Origin: Bdellovibrionales bacterium
GTDB taxonomy: Bacteria > Bdellovibrionota > Bdellovibrionia > Bdellovibrionales > JAGQZY01
NCBI GenBank assembly: GCA_964230645.1
Contig: CAXRHT010000003.1
Coordinates: forward strand, 480,001 to 544,000
Direction: 5' to 3'
Length of the DNA: 64,000 nt
This document shows positions 51,641 through 60,183 of the stretch, in pieces. Made by a program: the position numbers and the translations under genes. Below the pieces are notes generated by a model that saw nothing but the letters and a program-made list of their open reading frames with translations, ran no database searches and was not told the DNA's origin. The stretch's first letter is position 1; each line of letters begins with the position of its first letter.

Positions 51641-52096
51641 ATGAAATTATTACTAAGTCTTTTAGTTATACTCGCCACCCCCTTTAGCACGGCTCTAGCC
51701 GCTGATGCGTGTATCACAGGGATTCAAATCCCTGCTCGTTATCAGAGTTTCGAAGATTACCCAATCGACAGAGAGGCTCAAGTCTACTTGGCTAACTACA
51801 GCTGTCAGGACATCGAGGTGGTGTCAACCGGTTTGAAAGCGCTCGGTATTGTGATGAATGTGGGAGCGTTATCAATATCTTGTTCGGTTGGCGGTGTGCC
51901 CGTATCGATCATTCTCGGAGGAGCGGCCGCAGGTTTAAACACCATTGATCTTTATGTCTCGAGTCTTGATTGCACTGATATCGAAGCCGAAGAAAAACGC
52001 AAACAAGAAATTGATGAGGCCGTTTGCCGAGCTCTCAACCAACAAGGCATTGAGTGCCAAACCCCCTTAGAAAATCAAAATGGAATTAGCATTTAA
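51641..52096 (+). CDS. Secreted Cys-containing protein with Gly-rich hydrophobic hairpin
   Basis: GAGGAG RBS, signal peptide (ALA), 6 Cys, ALGIVMNVGALSISCSVGGVPVSIILGGAAAGL. Confidence 0.8.
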   Translation: MKLLLSLLVILATPFSTALAADACITGIQIPARYQSFEDYPIDREAQVYLANYSCQDIEVVSTGLKALGIVMNVGALSISCSVGGVPVSIILGGAAAGLNTIDLYVSSLDCTDIEAEEKRKQEIDEAVCRALNQQGIECQTPLENQNGISI

Positions 52097-52117
52097 CAAA
52101 CGCTCCAAGGATCAATA

Positions 52118-53077
52118 ATGACATCTTTAATTAACAAAATATCGTTACTACTTTTTGTAGTCACAAGTACTCAGCAGAGCTTGGCACAAGAACGTTGGAT
52201 TGAACGTTGCAATGAAGCTAAAATTGCAACCGGAGTTTCCTACACTTTTAACGCCGAAGAGATCAAGGCTTTCCACAAATGGACTGCACGTTGTGCTCCT
52301 CGCTTCATCCCTCAACTTTCTGGAATTTTAGGGGTCGGATTTATGCAAGATGGGAAACCCGTCAAAAGAATAATTTATCCTGTTTTCGGTTTTGAAAAGT
52401 TTATCACTGATCCCAGCGTCTATTTTGGTGTTCGCGTGGAATATTCCAATCCTCGTAATTATGAAATTAATAAGGCAGATGTAGTGGCAAACCCCGATAC
52501 CGCGACCTGTGATATTCCTGAGGACTATAAAATCATTGGTTTTTGTGGAGCGGGTTGTTTTACGCCCAGTCAAAGACTTTGGTTTCCCGAAGGCGACATG
52601 GCAATCGGTGAAGCTGAATTAAGAGGACTCAATCAAGTGATGACTCTAGCTGAAGACTCAACCTTAGATAATGTCACCTACCAAGTTTCAGATATAACGG
52701 GTGCCGGTTATGTTCAAACCAAAAAGGCCCAAAAAGAAGCCGTTGTTACCCTCAAGACCGCTGAAAAGAGTCTTACCGTAACTTTAAACCACCCCATGAT
52801 CATGGCCGACGGATCGGTTCGAAAAGCCGAAGACGTTAAAGTGGGTGATCAACTTATCAATGTTGATGGTGAAAATGAGATGGTGGTGAACTTAGAGAGA
52901 GATGAGTTTTTTGAGAAAGTTTTAAATGTCGAAACAGCTCAAAAGGATTTGAAATCTCATATTCTCGTAGCCGAAGGCCTTTTGACCGGAGACTTTGTTA
53001 TCCAAACCTTGGAACTGCAGGATGCCAATCGTCATCTACTAAGAAGCAGTTCGTTTCCCGTTCAGCTTTTTCAATAA
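52118..53077 (+). CDS. Secreted Hint-domain protein, paralog 1
   Basis: Signal peptide; G|CFTP (Cys147); block B LTVTLNHPM; KAEDVKVGDQL; VLNVET...HILVAEGLLTGD. Confidence 0.88.
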   Translation: MTSLINKISLLLFVVTSTQQSLAQERWIERCNEAKIATGVSYTFNAEEIKAFHKWTARCAPRFIPQLSGILGVGFMQDGKPVKRIIYPVFGFEKFITDPSVYFGVRVEYSNPRNYEINKADVVANPDTATCDIPEDYKIIGFCGAGCFTPSQRLWFPEGDMAIGEAELRGLNQVMTLAEDSTLDNVTYQVSDITGAGYVQTKKAQKEAVVTLKTAEKSLTVTLNHPMIMADGSVRKAEDVKVGDQLINVDGENEMVVNLERDEFFEKVLNVETAQKDLKSHILVAEGLLTGDFVIQTLELQDANRHLLRSSSFPVQLFQ

Positions 53078-53169
53078 AAGGAAGAAAAGATGAGTTTATT
53101 ATTGGACGCCGAATCTAAATTAAAAATTAAAACGGAATTGAAATTTAACGAACAATCAAAGGAGAAAAT

Positions 53170-54129
53170 ATGACATCGTTAATTAAAAAACTATCATTAC
53201 TTATTTGTGTAATCACTTCAGCACAGCAAAGTTTGGCTCAAGAGCTTTGGATTCAACGCTGTGATGAGGCTAAAATTGCGACTGGAGTTTCTTACACTTT
53301 CAATGCTGAAGAGACAAAAGCCATTCGTAAATGGACCGCTCGTTGTGCTCCTCGCTTTATTCATAAGCTTGCAGAAAATAGACATGTCGGGTTCATGCAA
53401 GATGGGAAACCAGTTAAAAGAATTGTCTATCCTGTTTTCGGTTTAGAAGAACTTGTTCCCGATCCCAGCGTCGATATTGGTGTTCGCGTAGAGTATTCTA
53501 ACCCCCGTAAATACGAAATTAAAAAGGCCGAGGTAGTGGCAAACCCCGATACCGCAGCTTGTGATATTCCTGAGGACTACACCATCATTGGTTTTTGTGG
53601 AGCGGGTTGTTTTACCCCTGGTCAAAGGCTTTGGTTTCCTGAGGGCGATATGGCGATCGGTGAGGCCGAACTAAGAGGGCTCAATCAAGTGATGACGCTA
53701 GCTGAGGATTCGACCTTAGATAATGTCAGCTACCAAGTTTCAGAAATAACGGGTGCCGGCTATGTGCAAACTAAAGAGCCCCAGAAAGAAGCCGTTGTCA
53801 CCCTTAAGACTGCTGACAAGAGTCTTACTGTCACTTTAAACCACCCCATGATTATGGCTGACGGATCGGTTCGAAAAGCTGAAGACGTGAAAGTGGGCGA
53901 TCAACTTATAAACGTTGATGGTGAAAATGAGACGGTGATCGGGTTGGACAGAGATGAGTTTTTTGGGAAAGTTTTAAATGTTGAAACAGCTCAAAAGAAT
54001 TTGCAATCTCATATTCTTGTCGCCGAGGGACTTTTGACTGGAGATTTTGCCATCCAGACTATGGAACTCCAGGATGCCAATCGTCATCTATTAAGAAGCA
54101 GTTTGTTTCCGGTTCAGCTTTTTCAATAA
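53170..54129 (+). CDS. Secreted Hint-domain protein, paralog 2
   Basis: Colinear 319-aa paralog with the same Hint motifs; AAGGAG RBS. Confidence 0.88.
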   Translation: MTSLIKKLSLLICVITSAQQSLAQELWIQRCDEAKIATGVSYTFNAEETKAIRKWTARCAPRFIHKLAENRHVGFMQDGKPVKRIVYPVFGLEELVPDPSVDIGVRVEYSNPRKYEIKKAEVVANPDTAACDIPEDYTIIGFCGAGCFTPGQRLWFPEGDMAIGEAELRGLNQVMTLAEDSTLDNVSYQVSEITGAGYVQTKEPQKEAVVTLKTADKSLTVTLNHPMIMADGSVRKAEDVKVGDQLINVDGENETVIGLDRDEFFGKVLNVETAQKNLQSHILVAEGLLTGDFAIQTMELQDANRHLLRSSLFPVQLFQ

Positions 54130-54141
54130 AAGGAAGAAAAG

Positions 54142-56445
54142 ATGAGTTTATTAAAGTTATTGATCCCTATTTTTAGTCTTACCTTGATCGGGTGCTCTCA
54201 GTCGGCAGATGCTGACTGGGGGGATCCTCAAGAAAACAGCGAAGTGATCGAAATTGAAGAAGATGTTAGTCCCGAATGGTTCACTGAAAACTTTCAAAGT
54301 TTTAAAGACCGTTGGCAAGACCTTCAATTTCAATCTGCTATTTGTGCTTTTGAGGAAAGCCTCGGACAAAACGCTTTTCACTGCGTTCAGCAAGCCTGTG
54401 AAAATGCAGGGGGTCACTTTAATTCACTCAATCAGACTTGCCAATGCCCGGCAAGCACTTCTGAGTTGTTAATTTTTACTGCGGTTCGAGGAGGGCATTG
54501 TCTCCCTCCACGCCCCAGTGATGATCAAGAAAAAGCAAACCTTCTCTACATTATCAGCGAGGGTCAGCTACAAAACTCTGAAGAATTCTTAAAAAATAAA
54601 AAAGACATCAACTCGGCTCAGGCCTCACCCTTCAAAAAGTTGCTGCTTGAAAATCATTTCCATATTGAATTGGCGGATGAAAAAACCTCTGTTGAAGCGC
54701 TTTTAGCCAATCTCGGCCCCGATCGAACCCCGGGAGGTAATGGAACCATACGACCGGAATTTTCCCGTAAGACTGTTTTCTGGCAAGGAGAGGTGGGGCC
54801 TTATATATCGAAATCAGCTTTTGAGGCTGAATCTCTATGGGCTCTGAAACCACCCATTGACAATATTCTTTCCCTGAATGAAGAGGGCTGTGCGGGCCAA
54901 TGTTATGTGGAACGGTGGAAGGAAACCTCCGAAGGATATCTCTTACTGCGTGAGCTATTTTTAGAGGGCCAAAGAATGAGTGCCAAGGTTTATTTCACTC
55001 CTCGAAAAAATCGTCACGCCTTTACTAAAATGGTACACCTTGATGACCGCGGTCAAGCCAACCTTATTTATAAAAAGAAACAGCGCAAATTTGAATCTGG
55101 GGCTTTTGAGTATCGGGTGGATATCTCGACCCGCAGTGGAGACGACCTCTATAAAGATGTTCTCATCTCTCCAGAAAAAGAGATTCTAGAAAGTCTGATG
55201 ACAAGGGTCGATTATCCATCTAACACACCCGCTGATGAACGCATGGTGAGCGTGTGTGAATGGGGTGTTAATCCCTATAGCTTCAGAAACGACTGGGAGC
55301 GCGTCGTGTTCGGTCCTTATACAAGTACTGATCAAAGTTTTAGAGGCAGTGTTTGGGGTTGGTATCCCAATGAGCACGAGGATGCGTTTATGCACACAAT
55401 GGCAGCCTATCCTCACTATGATTTGGGTTACGCCGATAGAATGGTCAGTATCGAAACACAGTTGCACCACCATCAGGTCATGAAGACTGTATTAAAAGCT
55501 TCAACTCAGGCAACAGTCACAGCTCAACATTATAAAGCTTGTTACAATAAAGACCCTCAAATAAACCCGCTCGCGAGCCCCGATTACCCCGGCCGAGTGG
55601 TGAATATCAGTGCGTTCAATCAGTTTTCTGGGAAAACCTGTAATGAAATGGTTGAGTTTGTAGAGAGCACACAGAGTCGTCTCCTTTGGGTCATCGCTTC
55701 AGGCAATGACTACCGCGAAAAATGTGAAGATCGCATTATGAAGCTTTCCAATGTTGTGGGTGTCACTGGGGTGGAGCCAAATAATCCCACCCGAATTCGT
55801 TCAGACTATGTGAAAGGAAGGGACAAGGTGGCCTTGGCCGTTATTCGATTCCCTAAACCTGGGGCGGGGACAAGTTTCGCAGCCCCCATCGTTGCCGCCT
55901 GGGCCGCTGATATTTTTCACAAATACCCTTGGATGTCGGTGGCTCAAGTAAGGCGAGCGCTGACTTTAGGTGTCGATTTCCACAAGTGGGATGTCATGTC
56001 TGGTGGTCTGACAACTCAAAACAAGGTCATGCGAGTAGCAGGTATGATCGATCAAGAACCCGAGATCACTGATGTCGATATACTAAAAGAACTTTATCGA
56101 CTTTCTGAAGCCTCTCTTCACAGACTCCGTCAGCAACATCGTGAGCTACAAATAGAGATTGATGACATTAATCGTGATCTCGAAGAACTAGCGGAGAGGT
56201 GGAATCAATTCAAAAAATGTCAAGAGGAGGACGCTGGTCCCTTAGAGAGATTTTGGGATTGGTGGGGTAAAGAGGATCCTTGCGAGGATGATCTCTGGCA
56301 AGAAAAGTGGGAACAGGTCAAAGTCGATTACAATCGCACAATTGAAGAGCGTAAAAATTTAAAAAGTGCTCAAGAGACTATTAATAATAATATTCGCGAT
56401 TTTTATAAATTTGATGAACATAAAAAATGGATCACTAAGGAGTAA
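54142..56445 (+). CDS. Lipoprotein with divergent S8 (subtilase-like) domain and C-terminal coiled coil
   Basis: Lipobox LIGC; RVVNIS, IASGND (oxyanion Asn), GTSFAAP (Ser); the Asp and His motifs are atypical. Confidence 0.75.
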   Translation: MSLLKLLIPIFSLTLIGCSQSADADWGDPQENSEVIEIEEDVSPEWFTENFQSFKDRWQDLQFQSAICAFEESLGQNAFHCVQQACENAGGHFNSLNQTCQCPASTSELLIFTAVRGGHCLPPRPSDDQEKANLLYIISEGQLQNSEEFLKNKKDINSAQASPFKKLLLENHFHIELADEKTSVEALLANLGPDRTPGGNGTIRPEFSRKTVFWQGEVGPYISKSAFEAESLWALKPPIDNILSLNEEGCAGQCYVERWKETSEGYLLLRELFLEGQRMSAKVYFTPRKNRHAFTKMVHLDDRGQANLIYKKKQRKFESGAFEYRVDISTRSGDDLYKDVLISPEKEILESLMTRVDYPSNTPADERMVSVCEWGVNPYSFRNDWERVVFGPYTSTDQSFRGSVWGWYPNEHEDAFMHTMAAYPHYDLGYADRMVSIETQLHHHQVMKTVLKASTQATVTAQHYKACYNKDPQINPLASPDYPGRVVNISAFNQFSGKTCNEMVEFVESTQSRLLWVIASGNDYREKCEDRIMKLSNVVGVTGVEPNNPTRIRSDYVKGRDKVALAVIRFPKPGAGTSFAAPIVAAWAADIFHKYPWMSVAQVRRALTLGVDFHKWDVMSGGLTTQNKVMRVAGMIDQEPEITDVDILKELYRLSEASLHRLRQQHRELQIEIDDINRDLEELAERWNQFKKCQEEDAGPLERFWDWWGKEDPCEDDLWQEKWEQVKVDYNRTIEERKNLKSAQETINNNIRDFYKFDEHKKWITKE

Positions 56446-56448
56446 CCA

Positions 56449-57120
56449 ATGAAGAAGGTATTAATTTCAGTTTTAAGTTTGGGTTTAATTTTTATTTTGT
56501 TTTACCAATTTCAAAAGGATCAGAAAGAAGTAAAAGCACAGCGAATTGAAAAACAGATCAAAAAACAGGTCGAGCAAAGTATTGAGAAACATCAAGAAAG
56601 TATCGATAAATTTAAAAAGAAAAAAAAGAAGCGCAAGGGAGTTAAGAGTTCAACTAAGACTCGGGATAAAAAGAGCTCTCTGAGTTTTCTCGAGAAATAT
56701 AAGAAATATGATCGCAAGGCTCTCCTCTCGGCTGAAGAGGTGGCTGCAAAAAAGGAAATGCTTAAAAATGAGTCCCATCTCAGGAAAAGTTACCTTTATC
56801 TTGTTCGTTTTCAATCAGGGGAATCAAAGCAAGAGCGTATCGAACGGTCTATGGATGTTGTGGATTTCTTACATGCAGCCATGGCGTGGGCTGAGAATCC
56901 CAATCGCGAAAGTGTTATTGAAAAAACACAATATTTTTTACTCAACGATACGTTGGATCATTTAAAAGATCAGGAACAGCTTCGCACAGCCGCCATGGAT
57001 AAAGCAGAACTCTATCTACTCTTGAGAAAAGCCGATCCGAGTCGAGCTCAACGAATTCGTGAGCAGGCCAGGGGAACACGCCTTGCTGCTGTTATTCAAT
57101 ACGCTGAAAACCATTTGTAA
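56449..57120 (+). CDS. Membrane-anchored helical hypothetical protein
   Basis: AAGGAG RBS, N-terminal hydrophobic helix, Lys-rich linker, helical C-domain. Confidence 0.75.
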   Translation: MKKVLISVLSLGLIFILFYQFQKDQKEVKAQRIEKQIKKQVEQSIEKHQESIDKFKKKKKKRKGVKSSTKTRDKKSSLSFLEKYKKYDRKALLSAEEVAAKKEMLKNESHLRKSYLYLVRFQSGESKQERIERSMDVVDFLHAAMAWAENPNRESVIEKTQYFLLNDTLDHLKDQEQLRTAAMDKAELYLLLRKADPSRAQRIREQARGTRLAAVIQYAENHL

Positions 57121-57134
57121 ATTAGGAGAATGAA

Positions 57135-60128
57135 ATGAAATATTTAAACAATATAATTGCTATACTTTTAATAGCGCCCCATGTGTGGGCCACAGAAATT
57201 CCTCATACCGCCAAGACGGACTTGAAGCTAGGGCGCGGATACAATTCCAGCACCCAGACCCAGGGTCAGTTTTGCTTAAAACCCGTTTTTGACATTGATG
57301 GCTCTTCAACAAGTTCCTTTAAACTTTTATCCTCAATTTCTCAAAGTCAGTTGGAAAAAGAATTGGGCTTTGGAGCCAGTGGTAAATATAAAACGGGAGT
57401 GACGGAAACCTCAGCCTCGGCGGACTTTTTAAAAACAACAAAAACAAACGGGTTCTCTGTTTCCTATAGCTTCCGTTCTAATTATGAATTTCCCCCAAGA
57501 GCATTGACCCAATACGAGTGGACGGAGGAGGCCAAAGCTCAACTACAAATTTTACCCAAAGAAGGGGGTATCATTGATAAAAGCCAAGATGCCAATTCCT
57601 GGACGGGAAAAGTATCTCCCTTAAATTTAAACGAGTGGTATAAAAAGTGTGGAGATGAAGTCATCACTTCTCAAAACTTGGGAGCTCGTTTTTACATCAA
57701 TGTTAAGGTGGTCTTTTCAAACCAGCAGGATTTCCAAAGTTTTAGCACCAATTTCAAATTCAACTCTCCCACAGTGGAAGCGGCTGCAAATTTTAAAGAC
57801 GAAATGAAGAAGATGTCTTCAAGAACCAATGTGACAGTCTCTGCCCTTCAAATTGGGGGACAGGTTGATAAAATCACTGGAATTTTCCAAGGCAAAGCCA
57901 AACCGCTTGTGAGTTGTTCCGGAGGTGCTTTGGATCAGTGCATGCAAGTTTTAGAGTCTGCTATCGAATACGCAACAGATACAACACCACTTTCTGAGGG
58001 AGGCGAGGGGTTTCCAGCCCAAATTGATCCTAATTTGCCAACGGGAACTTATGGAGGACCGGCTGTTTTATCCAGTGTCACTCAAAGATATGAAAACATC
58101 ACCAATTTACAAGAGCCCTCGGAAGCTCTCCAGAAATTGAGTCAAGAAAATGAAAGGCAGTTGAACCATCTTTTTGATCGTCTCTTTTCCGATTGGACTT
58201 ATGCCATGCAGATTCGGCAAACGGGGCTGCCACGACTCAACTTTGAACAAACCCAGAGACTCACAGCCATTGAGACCGAAGCTTATAATGACCTCATGGA
58301 AGTCACCGATGCGATTGAACGTTGCTACAACAATACCCGACGCTGTCCTGAGATATATAGCGAGATTGACCCCAGTGAGAGACAAGATATGGGGCGGATT
58401 TATAGTGAGCAATATCTTAAACATATTGATTACGAAGAGGCTTTGAAATTTGAAGCGGCCTCCTTCGCTGCTCTTTGTGACCAGTATCAAGGAAAGATGC
58501 TTTCAAGAAACTTAGAACACACCGTCGCCCAACTTATTGATGTGGCCAATCAGTGTGAAGTCAAAGATGACAATAAAGTCTGCCCTCTGGATGGGGCCGA
58601 AGATCTTTGTGGCAAAGCCCAAGAGGTTCTGATGGGGCTTGAGACATTGAGTCTTCGTGATCGCGACATCTCTGATCTGACTCCTTTCCAGTGGTTCAGC
58701 AATCTCTACTCTTTAGATCTTTCAGGTAATAATATTCGCTCTACGGATCTTGATTCTTTAAAAGGTCTTGAACGTCTTGAAAGACTAAACCTTGGGAGAA
58801 ACTTTCTTAAGGATCTAGGACCTCTTGCTGAAATGGATCAACTCGTAGAACTTCGGATCAATAAAAATCAACTTCGCGATATTTCAGAACTCGGAAATTT
58901 AGATCTGGAATTGCTGGATGCATCGAGCAATAGAGGAAGACTTGAATGTCCCTATACAGAGGAGGACCGTTGCTTACTCATCGACTACTCCCGTCAGACT
59001 TCTTTTGTCACAGCTCCCTCCGTCAATGCAGAAAAACGCATTCAAGGGGCTATGCTTGATATGAATCTCAATTACCTTCTACTCATTGGTGGAAAAGAAC
59101 GTAGTTTTCTGGAACTCATTGATAAAGCCAACCTTTCTCATACGCCACTTAATATGCGTGTGGATCAAAGAATGGGAGCCACTTTTCAGAGGGTCTCAGA
59201 CAATGAAGTTCTTATTTCGGGGGGACATAGTCTCGGATATAGTGTGAGTCGAGTCAAAATCAACTACCAAACAAAAGAGGCCATCGGAGAGTCTGTTTTT
59301 TCTAGCTCGGCTGTGCGTTACTCCCAAGAATCAATCGCTCTCGAAGACGGAAGAGTCTTGATTGCAGGAGGCTATGTAAAAAAGGATTTTGGGCCCACAT
59401 TGGTTGTGAGTGATGCTTTTATTTACGATCCTGCCACGAATAGCTTTGAACTTTTAGAGAGTGGAATGAAAGAGCCTCGGGCTAATCATGAAATGGTCAA
59501 AGCTCCTAGTGGTTTGATTTACATTTTTGGAGGCAAGACCTATACACCGGCCTCCGGAGAAAGACCTTCTAATAGCATTGAAGTTTTTGATCCGAAAACC
59601 AATCAATTTCGCTGGGCGAGTGAAAGAATGTACAGTCCACGCTCTGGACACACCGCAACTCTCCTTGATGAGGGCACAATTTTAATTGCAGGAGGTTTTA
59701 CTCAAACGGTGCCAAGTTCCCTGTCGCAAGATGTGAGTCCCGAGGACCAACGCAGTATCAAAGCTTCAAAAACAGCGGAACTCTTTTTTATTGATTCTGA
59801 ATCGGTGTTCGAACTCCCTCGTCCCATGATGAGCGGACGGGCCAATCACGAGGCGATTCGCCTTGAAAGTGGTCATATACTACTTGCTGGCGGACAGGTG
59901 AGTGCCGCCAGTTTTAGTAACCAAACTATTGGTTGTGGTGTTTGTGAGAATTCAGCTGAAATCTTTGATTATTCAAAGGAGTTATTTATAGATACCGGGA
60001 ATCTAATGTCTTTTCCACGGGTCCATTTCGTTCTCGCACCCTTGAGTGATAACAGAGTTTACATCAATGGAGGAGTGGGCGAGGGACCCGCCCTTTATAG
60101 CGAGATCTTTTCTTACCAAAACCTTTAG
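57135..60128 (+). CDS. Secreted MACPF/CDC-like + LRR + Kelch-propeller protein
   Basis: Signal peptide; LGRGYN..CL, WYKKCGDEVITSQNLGA, VTVSALQIGG; about 5 internalin-type LRRs; 7 Kelch blades with hhhGG. Confidence 0.75.
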   Translation: MKYLNNIIAILLIAPHVWATEIPHTAKTDLKLGRGYNSSTQTQGQFCLKPVFDIDGSSTSSFKLLSSISQSQLEKELGFGASGKYKTGVTETSASADFLKTTKTNGFSVSYSFRSNYEFPPRALTQYEWTEEAKAQLQILPKEGGIIDKSQDANSWTGKVSPLNLNEWYKKCGDEVITSQNLGARFYINVKVVFSNQQDFQSFSTNFKFNSPTVEAAANFKDEMKKMSSRTNVTVSALQIGGQVDKITGIFQGKAKPLVSCSGGALDQCMQVLESAIEYATDTTPLSEGGEGFPAQIDPNLPTGTYGGPAVLSSVTQRYENITNLQEPSEALQKLSQENERQLNHLFDRLFSDWTYAMQIRQTGLPRLNFEQTQRLTAIETEAYNDLMEVTDAIERCYNNTRRCPEIYSEIDPSERQDMGRIYSEQYLKHIDYEEALKFEAASFAALCDQYQGKMLSRNLEHTVAQLIDVANQCEVKDDNKVCPLDGAEDLCGKAQEVLMGLETLSLRDRDISDLTPFQWFSNLYSLDLSGNNIRSTDLDSLKGLERLERLNLGRNFLKDLGPLAEMDQLVELRINKNQLRDISELGNLDLELLDASSNRGRLECPYTEEDRCLLIDYSRQTSFVTAPSVNAEKRIQGAMLDMNLNYLLLIGGKERSFLELIDKANLSHTPLNMRVDQRMGATFQRVSDNEVLISGGHSLGYSVSRVKINYQTKEAIGESVFSSSAVRYSQESIALEDGRVLIAGGYVKKDFGPTLVVSDAFIYDPATNSFELLESGMKEPRANHEMVKAPSGLIYIFGGKTYTPASGERPSNSIEVFDPKTNQFRWASERMYSPRSGHTATLLDEGTILIAGGFTQTVPSSLSQDVSPEDQRSIKASKTAELFFIDSESVFELPRPMMSGRANHEAIRLESGHILLAGGQVSAASFSNQTIGCGVCENSAEIFDYSKELFIDTGNLMSFPRVHFVLAPLSDNRVYINGGVGEGPALYSEIFSYQNL

Positions 60129-60155
60129 GTTTGTTTTTTGAATCCCTTCTTTTTT

Positions 60156-60183
60156 GCCCCCTTTCTACAAGGGGGCTTTTTTT
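60156..60183 (+). terminator. Intrinsic terminator closing the operon
   Basis: gccccctt/aagggggc stem followed by T7. Confidence 0.85.

Noticed and set aside
52556..54129. Selfish inteins or polymorphic-toxin pretoxin Hint
   Set aside because: No homing endonuclease, no terminal His-Asn plus nucleophile, no conserved host protein and no C-terminal toxin domain after the Hint.
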